A DNA stretch of 32,000 nucleotides from Sinorhizobium meliloti (GTDB lineage: Bacteria; Pseudomonadota; Alphaproteobacteria; Rhizobiales; Rhizobiaceae), in assembly GCF_017876815.1 (NCBI RefSeq), contig NZ_JAGIOS010000003.1:930001-962000 (forward strand). The letters run 5' to 3'. The notes beneath the pieces were generated by a model. That model worked only from the letters and a program-made list of their open reading frames with translations. It did no database searches and was not told the DNA's origin. The position numbers and the translations under genes are program-made. Positions 17,017 through 24,003 of this stretch are shown here, in pieces; position 1 is the stretch's first letter; every line of letters starts with the position of its first letter.

Positions 17017-17574
17017 TCATGGCCCAAAGGTCCGCCGCCTGAGCAGAGGTACCTCGGATAAAATAATGCACCTGATCCAAGGCACCTGGTAAGAAGAGGC
17101 TTTCGCGACTTCGCTCTTGGAGGAAGTGTCATGCGCTCGGCCGGATAGGGCCCTTTGCAGCGTTCTGGGGTACTTCCAGTCGGCCTTCAGCCATAGTTCG
17201 ATTTCCTCCGGCTCGGTCGAGATAACGGGCATCGATTTGCCGCAACATTCCAAGATGGCGGCCGCATCGCCAGATGAATGTCCTTTCAGGAGGCGTTGGG
17301 TCCCCACCGCTCGGAGATCGCCGCGGACGTCGCCAACTATACGGACATCGCCCCCATCGTGCAGATCAGCGAAGTCGTTGAAGGGTAGAGAGGCTTCGGC
17401 GCGTCAGGCGTAGCCGTTGAACTTTCCGGGATAGGCGTAGTGCTGGCGCACCGACCCATGGTGACGTAGCCAGCGGCGATCCGGGACGATGATGTGGGGG
17501 CTTTCGAGCTGAGTTAGGCCGGTAAAAGCAAATGCAAAAGCAGCGTCCCCGAAAGGGCCGAGGATCTGCGGTTT
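17017..17574 (-). pseudogene. degraded SOS-response-associated peptidase (SRAP/YedK, DUF159)-like gene
   Basis: Three SRAP-like pieces lie in different frames: KPQILGPFGDAAFAFAFTGL, MPVISTEPEEIELWLKADW...LQ, and PYPAERMTL. The N-terminal Cys-containing part is missing. The spacing between pieces is longer than in YedK. Confidence 0.4.
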
Positions 17575-17577
17575 GAG

Positions 17578-17602
17578 GGAACGAACCTGGGCTTGCGTGG
17601 TT
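17578..17602 (+). promoter_or_regulatory. EcfG-type promoter-like motif (GGAAC-N16-GGTT)
   Basis: The sequence is ggaac gaacctgggcttgcgt ggtt, with one mismatch in the -10 element. It lies 72 nt upstream of the 92-aa ORF start at 17675. Confidence 0.35.
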
Positions 17603-17674
17603 ATTTTTTGCGAGTTTACCGACGAGGCGGCGGCTGCCTGTTCTGGGCGCGATTCCGCGAACGGGAGCAACTCT

Positions 17675-17953
17675 ATGGCGCAGAGTACCAAGCGTAAGCT
17701 GATGAAGGTGAGCGACATTCCCGCCTTCGTCGATGAGATCGTCGAGACGGGCTGCGACATCTGCGCGGTCGGCCACGACAAATACGTCCTCGGAGACGCA
17801 GACCTGTCACCCGACGAATATGAAAAGGTACGCCGTAAGCTGGACAAGATCGAAGATAACTACGGCGACCGTGACTTCCTCAGGTTGGAGATCGTGGCGC
17901 ACCTTCGGTCGATCGGGCGGTACATAGACGTTGGTGCAGACGGAGCTGGTTAG
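17675..17953 (+). CDS. hypothetical small protein (92 aa)
   Basis: GGGAG lies 7 nt upstream of the ATG at 17675. The track ORF from 17573 is an extension. No domain recognised. Confidence 0.5.
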   Translation: MAQSTKRKLMKVSDIPAFVDEIVETGCDICAVGHDKYVLGDADLSPDEYEKVRRKLDKIEDNYGDRDFLRLEIVAHLRSIGRYIDVGADGAG

Positions 17954-17961
17954 GTACGGGA

Positions 17962-18108
17962 CAGCGCAAGGGCGACGCGGTCGTCGAGCCCGTGCTAGTC
18001 GCTGAGGTTGAATATCCCGCCTGGACCGATGACGGGAAGCTGCGGCACGCTTCCTTCAAAGGCATCAGGCCGAGAGAGGATGACGCGACAGTACTTGAGT
18101 TATGGTGA
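17962..18108 (+). pseudogene. relic of an ATP-dependent DNA ligase (LigD-type) C-terminus
   Basis: Translation gives ...VVEPVLVAEVEYPAWTDDGKLRHASFKGIRPREDDATVLELW*. This is the conserved last OB-fold strands of LigD-type ligases; compare [29 protein letters not shown] in ligD here. No upstream ligase sequence is attached. Confidence 0.65.
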
Positions 18109-18340
18109 TGCTGAAGCCGTACCCTTCGGGTGCGACAATAGCGTCCTAAGCGCGCCGTGCCGGCGACCACTTCCCGGGTTTCCCGGTCATCTTTGGATCC
18201 ATCAGAGTATCTGTCCCTGCCCTAGGATCTTTGCCGGCGGCTCTGTTTCACCCCAAGCATTCTCCGCAATTCGCGGTCAACGGACGTGCCCTTCATTGAC
18301 GCTGAGCGTAAAGTGGCATCAGGCGGGTCGAACGCCGGCG

Positions 18341-18631
18341 TCATTCCTTCCCATCCAGCACGATCTTCAACGTTCTGATGATGTCGGCCGCGTCCAAGAG
18401 GACGTCTCTGATCTCCGCCGCAGATAGGCCGCGGGCGCGTGCCGAGGCGACTTGGAGATCGATCACAACGTCCCGGGAGCGGTGGCTGCCTGCGATGCCC
18501 GTCTGTCTGCGCATGTCGCGGATCGTGTCAATCGAACGGTCAAGCAGCCGGCTTATCTCGTACGGACTGAGCTTGTCCGTTTCGTTTGCGGCTCTGATTA
18601 GTTCGGCGATGAAAGCGGTCGTGAGGCTCAT
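18341..18631 (-). CDS. hypothetical protein (96 aa)
   Basis: Intact ORF with no clear SD. It starts 6 nt after the stop of a possible 38-aa ORF (18638-18754). No domain recognised. Confidence 0.45.
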   Translation of the reverse strand: MSLTTAFIAELIRAANETDKLSPYEISRLLDRSIDTIRDMRRQTGIAGSHRSRDVVIDLQVASARARGLSAAEIRDVLLDAADIIRTLKIVLDGKE

Positions 18632-18807
18632 TGGTACTTACGCCCAGCCGACGTGCTCGCGCTTTGCAAGCTTCAGGAAAAGGCCGAACCAAAACCGATA
18701 CTCATCGTTCTCACGACCGTCGTAAGCCTCCAGCGCGCAGTAAGCGATAGACATCGTCGCGCCCGAGACGGGCGATCCGATTTCGGTGCGTTGCAGCGTG
18801 CCCTTGC

Positions 18808-19443
18808 TCACTCTTCGATGATGCCGTACGGCCCATAGGCGGCGCGCCAAAGTGCACCGTAGCGCTTCTGCCGCCCCATTGCGATTTCGCCGTTGGCATT
18901 AAACGTACCGCTTGCGATCTCCGCCTGGCGGAACTCGAAGCCTTCCGGCAGGACGATGCGGGCGCGATGGGGGGCGCCGGTCACGGGATTCCTGATCGGC
19001 TCGAGTTCGAGTTCGAGATGGCCGTCTATGCGAAAGCCGCCGGTGCGTTTCTCTATGTCGCTGTGAAACTCGATCGGGGCGAAAATCGGCTCGAGCTCTT
19101 GGGCGATGGTGGAGCCATAAATATTGAAGACGGTTGTCGGCTCCTGTTCCTTGCCGCCGAGTATGGTGAACAGGGCATCGATCTGCGCCTGGTTCGCATT
19201 GGCATCGAAGAACCCGCGTACGACGCCGCCGCCCTCATGCACGGGTCCAGGCCAGCGATAGACGGCAGCAACCTTGAGCCCATCGAGCCGCAGATCGCCG
19301 AACCATCCCTCTTCGATAAGCATGCATTCAAGACCTTCGCACAGGCCCTCGGTCGGCTTGCCGTTGAATTCGCACGGGCAGCCGTAATCGCAACTGCACG
19401 ATGCTATCTTGGGGCCCTTGATCCCCCAATCAACATAGGCCAT
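18808..19443 (-). CDS. DUF1326 domain protein (211 aa)
   Basis: A GGGGG SD precedes the ATG at 19443. The N-terminus MAYVDWGIKGPKIASCSCDYGCPCEFNG is the characteristic Cys-rich DUF1326 start. The 262-aa track ORF is an upstream extension. Confidence 0.8.
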   Translation of the reverse strand: MAYVDWGIKGPKIASCSCDYGCPCEFNGKPTEGLCEGLECMLIEEGWFGDLRLDGLKVAAVYRWPGPVHEGGGVVRGFFDANANQAQIDALFTILGGKEQEPTTVFNIYGSTIAQELEPIFAPIEFHSDIEKRTGGFRIDGHLELELEPIRNPVTGAPHRARIVLPEGFEFRQAEIASGTFNANGEIAMGRQKRYGALWRAAYGPYGIIEE

Positions 19444-19668
19444 GGCAACACCCCCGATTGTTCCCGGAAAGGCAGAATGTATCAGATACTGCTTCGACCG
19501 GCCAGGAACGCCGTGACTGTCCAGCGGATCGCTGAAGCCCTTGCAAGCCGCCGGACTGTTGCCCGACGGCTTGGCACCGCCAACTCGAAGCTCCATGGGC
19601 TCTTATCTGGTATGTTGTATCATCATGTCCGGACCGCCACCTTCTCCCTACGAAGAAAAGGCAGCTCG

Positions 19669-19731
19669 CGTTTCCCGATGATACATTATGCGATTTTTTT
19701 GGCCAAGAACATGGACGTGCCTTGCAACAGC
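19669..19731. repeat. conserved intergenic element, copy B (partner at 2835-2896)
   Basis: The core cgtttcccgatgatacattatgcgatttttttggcca matches copy A at 33 of 37 positions. It lies between the allantoinase-like stop (19870) and the DUF1326 start (19443). Confidence 0.7.
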
Positions 19732-19869
19732 TCGACCACGGCGGCTGATGCTGCGTGTTCGACGTCGAGGCCTATTTGTCGCGGCTGCAACGCGGGTGAA
19801 GGCTGAGAGGATTGCCCGACAACAACTGACGACCCTGCCCGCACCATCGTTAATCATCGCGGAAGTGGG

Positions 19870-21255
19870 TTACGGACCCATTTCCGGAAATTGTTCTGGC
19901 GGAAGATCTGAACTCAAGAGGCATCTGCCATGACCAACGGGGCCAACAATACGTCCATCATCATAGATAATCTGGCCACGACTGACAGTTTTCTTCACCG
20001 CCCCGGAGAACCGTGTTCCGATATAAGCGCTGTGCCGATTTCGATAGAACAAGTCGTCCGCCTTTAAAATGAAGTTCTCCTCTAGGTCGATGAGGACGAA
20101 GTCTGCGTCCGCGCCGGGAACCAGGTTGCCCTTTTGGTCATCGAAACCGAACAGCCGGGCCGGCGCCGCAGCCATCATGCGCACGAGTTCGACGAGGCTT
20201 AGGTTGCGCTTGCACACCCCTTCCGTCAGCATGGCGGGTAAGCTGGATTGGAGACCGGAAATGCCGCCCCAAGCAGCAAAGATATCCTTCTCGCCGACCG
20301 TCTTCTCCTCCAATAGGCAAGGTGAATGGTCTGAGGCGATGACGTCAATCTCACCTGCCAGAACCCGCTCCCAAAGAGCCTCCTTCTCATCGGCCCGGCG
20401 CAACGGCGGCGCACATTTGGCGACTGGTCCAAGGCGAACTAGATCCTCACTGTCGAAGACGAGATAATGGGGGCATGTTTCAGCGGTAACATTGATCCCC
20501 TTGCTCTTTGCACGACTAATCCGGTCGACTCCCGCAGCGCAGGAGACGTGCACGATGTGGAGCCTTGCTCCCGTTGCACCGGCCAGCGCTATCGCTTCAT
20601 CTATGGCCGCGAGTTCGGCTTCTATCGGCCGGGCCTCGCCCCAAGCGTCCGGATCTCGGCGCCCCTTTGCCCGCAAGCCGGCGGTTAGGCTCAGCGTCAT
20701 AGCTTCGTCTTCAGCATGCACGGCAACGAAGGAGCCAAGGTTGGCAATACGCCTCATTCCTTCCCCGAGGATGCGGGCATCCGAACGGGCGAAATCAGTT
20801 GCTGTGACCATGAACGCCTTGAAGCCGACCACCCCACCACGCCTGAGATCAGCAAGGTCATCCAGGTTGTCGTCGACCAGTCCTCCCCAGAGGGCATAGT
20901 CGATATGGCTTTGTTTGGCGGCTGCCTTCTTCATGACGAGTGCAGCGGCGTCGATAGTGGCCGGCTGGGCGTTCAGTGGCATTTCCACAAAGGTCGTGAT
21001 GCCACCCGCAGCGGCCGCTCGGCTTCCGGTCTCGAAGCCCTCCCAATGACCGCGTCCGGGCTCGGAAAAATGCACATGGGCGTCGACCAGTCCGGGAAGC
21101 AACAGCAGACCGCTGGCGTCGATAATCTGCCGGGCGGCGATGTCCCGTTGGCCTACCACCAACTCATCGATTCGGCCGTTCGACACACTGATCCCACCGT
21201 CGAACGTGCGCTCCTCAGTAACGACCGTGGCATTGCGGACAAAGAGGTCGCACAT
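19870..21255 (-). CDS. allB: allantoinase-like cyclic amidohydrolase
   Basis: Strong motif agreement with E. coli AllB from memory: DAHVHFSEPGRGHWEGFETGSRAAAAGGITTFVEMPLNAQPATID, GFKAFM, SDHSPC, AWGGISGLQS. I prefer the start at MCDLFVRNATVV (21255) by N-terminal alignment. An alternative GTG at 21351 forms a GTGA overlap with the upstream gene. Confidence 0.85.
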   Translation of the reverse strand: MCDLFVRNATVVTEERTFDGGISVSNGRIDELVVGQRDIAARQIIDASGLLLLPGLVDAHVHFSEPGRGHWEGFETGSRAAAAGGITTFVEMPLNAQPATIDAAALVMKKAAAKQSHIDYALWGGLVDDNLDDLADLRRGGVVGFKAFMVTATDFARSDARILGEGMRRIANLGSFVAVHAEDEAMTLSLTAGLRAKGRRDPDAWGEARPIEAELAAIDEAIALAGATGARLHIVHVSCAAGVDRISRAKSKGINVTAETCPHYLVFDSEDLVRLGPVAKCAPPLRRADEKEALWERVLAGEIDVIASDHSPCLLEEKTVGEKDIFAAWGGISGLQSSLPAMLTEGVCKRNLSLVELVRMMAAAPARLFGFDDQKGNLVPGADADFVLIDLEENFILKADDLFYRNRHSAYIGTRFSGAVKKTVSRGQIIYDDGRIVGPVGHGRCLLSSDLPPEQFPEMGP

Positions 21256-21347
21256 AGCTGTACCTTGGAAAGTGGTCATCGCGTCGATTGACGGGTTACC
21301 TTTTCTGTCGCGCGCAACCGGCCGTTTGCGCTCAAAATTGGATGAAC

Positions 21348-22817
21348 TCACGTTCTTGTCACTTCATAGCTGGGAGGGAAGATCGATTGAACCGCAGGGT
21401 GTCGCCATGTACGGCGCGGATACTGGGCCACCAGTCTCTCGAACTGGGCTCCGGCACGCGCATGGGCTTCGGCGAAATCAAAACCGGGAATTGTACCTTC
21501 TGACATGACACGACGCCCGGCGATGAAGACGGTGCGGACGTCGCTCCCGTTCGCCGACGCCACTAGGCCAGCGATGGGGTCCCTCACGTGGCCGAGATGG
21601 TGAGCGGCGAGATCGATGACCACGATGTCGGCCGCGGCGCCGGCCTGCAGGCGGCCGAGATCTGGGCGGCCTAGCGCATCAGCTCCGCCCAATGTCGCTA
21701 CATCGTAGAGATCGGCCGAGCTGGGGCTGTCGAGCTCTCCACCCATTACCCGGCCTAGCATGAGCCCGATCTGCATATTAAGGATCATGTCCGGCGGCCA
21801 GGTGTCGGTTCCCATGCCGAGACGCAAGCCCGCTCGCCGCAGATCGCCGAAGTGGTTCAATGCGGCACCGTGGCGCGCCATCACCAAAGGGCAATGCACC
21901 ACTGTGGCACCCGAGTCAGCAATGATGCGGAGACCTTCACGGTCGGTATGCGTGCCGTGCGGGAGCAGTGCCCGCTCGGACAGGAAGCCGATGTTATGTA
22001 GCCATTCAGCCGAGCCCGTTCCGAAGCGACCGCGAATCGTTTCCACCTCGAAAGTAGATTGACAGCAGTGAAGGCGAACTGGCACGCCGAGGTCGCGCGC
22101 GACACCAGCCGTCCGTTTCAACAAGTCCGCGGTCCAGTACTCAACGCGATCCGGGGCCAGCATGGCGCGCACCAACCCCCCATGGGTGTTGTCGTGAGCG
22201 GCGCAGAAGGCAATTGCCGCGTCCAAGCCGGCGCGTCCCCGAGCCGCGTCGACCTCGACTGTGAGCGTGCCGTCGGCTTCAATGACCGAATGGCCAGCGC
22301 GGAACGCCGGACCGAGATACACGCGCAGGCCTAGGTCCGCAGCGCTTTCCGCGGCGGAGGCGAATTCCTCGGGCGTTTCGTTCCAAGCGCGGTAGAAAAG
22401 AGAGGCGATTGGCAGCGCCGTGGTGATGCCGTTCCGAATTAAGTGGGCAAAGGCGTAGCGTTTCTGAAATGCAAGCTCCTCGGGCGTTAGCATTTCCACG
22501 GGCCCCTCCTCGACATAGTCGCGCGGCCAAACGCGCCCTTTTTTCCAGCCGGGCTGATGGTCGAGGCCAAGAACGCCTGTATCGATGTCGGATAGAGCGT
22601 CGAGATCGATGAAGCCAGGCCCAATCAGTGCCATACCGAAATCGAACCTACGAGCGGTCGGTCCGTCATAGCCGTGACCGACAAACAGAATGCGATCGTT
22701 CTCGAAGACGACCTCGCCGTTTTCGTAGAGGACATGGCGCCCGTCACGATGTCCGGCGACCCAGCGGGCAGTAAGTAGCGTCGCGCCCGCCATTCGAAGA
22801 CCATCCTCATGCGACAT
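21348..22817 (-). CDS. amidohydrolase-superfamily protein (TRZ/ATZ-like) lacking the N-terminal HxH motif
   Basis: PGFIDLDALSDID occupies the position where PGxxxxHxH is expected. Later elements are retained (RLHCCQ, LLPHGTH, GMGTDTWPPD). The start is either 22817 (11-nt overlap with the upstream gene) or 22793. Confidence 0.8.
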   Translation of the reverse strand: MSHEDGLRMAGATLLTARWVAGHRDGRHVLYENGEVVFENDRILFVGHGYDGPTARRFDFGMALIGPGFIDLDALSDIDTGVLGLDHQPGWKKGRVWPRDYVEEGPVEMLTPEELAFQKRYAFAHLIRNGITTALPIASLFYRAWNETPEEFASAAESAADLGLRVYLGPAFRAGHSVIEADGTLTVEVDAARGRAGLDAAIAFCAAHDNTHGGLVRAMLAPDRVEYWTADLLKRTAGVARDLGVPVRLHCCQSTFEVETIRGRFGTGSAEWLHNIGFLSERALLPHGTHTDREGLRIIADSGATVVHCPLVMARHGAALNHFGDLRRAGLRLGMGTDTWPPDMILNMQIGLMLGRVMGGELDSPSSADLYDVATLGGADALGRPDLGRLQAGAAADIVVIDLAAHHLGHVRDPIAGLVASANGSDVRTVFIAGRRVMSEGTIPGFDFAEAHARAGAQFERLVAQYPRRTWRHPAVQSIFPPSYEVTRT

Positions 22818-24003
22818 GGGGCAGATCTCGGGCGAGAGTACCTGTGCGAACGAGGATGCGACCGCGGCGGATCACCGTACGCTTCTGCGGCGTCAGCGCC
22901 ACCGCTTCCGCCAACGTACGCCCTTGCACCAGGACCAGGTCGCCGAAATCGCCATCGGCAAATCCGTAGCCGGTAAGATTAATGGCTTCCGCGCCGCCAA
23001 AGGTACAGACGCGCGCCGTCTCCTCCAGATCAGCATCGTTCGTCATGCCATTACGTTGTGCCAAAAATCTTGCGCGCTCGAGCATGTCACCGTTGCCCCA
23101 TGGCTCCCAGGTCCCCTGGATGCCGTCCGAGCCGGACGCGACGACGAGGCCGCACTGCCGCATAAGACGCAAGGGGAGCGCCGGCGCCGACGGACTACCA
23201 ACGGTCATCACCGCAATGCGTTCCGCCGCCAGCTCCTCGATCACCGCCCGCTGGCGAGCTGTGTCCAGCATGCCGAGGCAATAGCCATGACTGATCATTA
23301 CCTTGCCCTGCATCGCATGAGCGCGGGCGCGCTCCACGATAAGCTCGAGACAGAATGCGCCAAGCTCGCCGAGTTCGTGCAGGTGAATGTCTATAGGTTT
23401 GGCATGGCGCTCAGCCAGCGCGAACATGGCATCGAGGTGGCGCACCGGATCGCGATCGATCGTGGCGGGATCGATGCCGCCGACGATGTCGGCACCGGCC
23501 TTCATCGCCGCATCCATAAGTTCAAGCGTGCCCTCGCATGCGAGCATGCCGCTTTGTGGGAAGGCGACGATCTGCACATCGGCCAGGTCGCGGAGAGCCT
23601 CACGCGTCTCCAGCACGCCCTCGATATTGGCAAGGCCGATCTCGGTGTCGACGTCGACGTGGCTACGAATGGCCAGGACGCCGTGTTCCAGGGTCTGAAA
23701 TATCTGGCGAGCGGATTGCCGGCGCGCGTCGATACCAAGGTCGCGTTTGGCCTTGCGATCCGCCAGAATGCGGTCGTTGCGGTTCGGGGCGATGCGGTTC
23801 TCGAACCAGTCCATGCCGATCAGCGTCTTGTCGAGATGGGTATGCGCTTCGACGAGACCGGGCAGCGCGATGTATCCGGCAGCGTCGATTTCCTCCGACG
23901 GCCGGTCACCGCCGGGCGCGCCGAAACGGCCGCTGCGGATGACGAGATCGACGGGATCCTTGCCGAACGGACGTGCGTTCCGGATGAGAAGGTCGTGTGT
24001 CAT
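22807..24003 (-). CDS. cytosine-deaminase-like amidohydrolase (398 aa)
   Basis: Motifs PGLVEAHTHLDKT, HVDVD, IVAFPQ, GGIDP, IDIHLHE, ISHG and GSDG...W.PWGNGDML follow the CodA-family motif order. It has an ATGA overlap with the upstream gene. Confidence 0.85.
   Translation of the reverse strand: MTHDLLIRNARPFGKDPVDLVIRSGRFGAPGGDRPSEEIDAAGYIALPGLVEAHTHLDKTLIGMDWFENRIAPNRNDRILADRKAKRDLGIDARRQSARQIFQTLEHGVLAIRSHVDVDTEIGLANIEGVLETREALRDLADVQIVAFPQSGMLACEGTLELMDAAMKAGADIVGGIDPATIDRDPVRHLDAMFALAERHAKPIDIHLHELGELGAFCLELIVERARAHAMQGKVMISHGYCLGMLDTARQRAVIEELAAERIAVMTVGSPSAPALPLRLMRQCGLVVASGSDGIQGTWEPWGNGDMLERARFLAQRNGMTNDADLEETARVCTFGGAEAINLTGYGFADGDFGDLVLVQGRTLAEAVALTPQKRTVIRRGRILVRTGTLARDLPHVA

Noticed and set aside
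19688-19933. 81-aa Arg-rich ORF starting at the ATG inside conserved element copy B
   Set aside because: The equivalent ORF at copy A (from 2853) diverges completely in protein sequence. The translation is low-complexity and it overlaps the allantoinase-like gene's 3' end.
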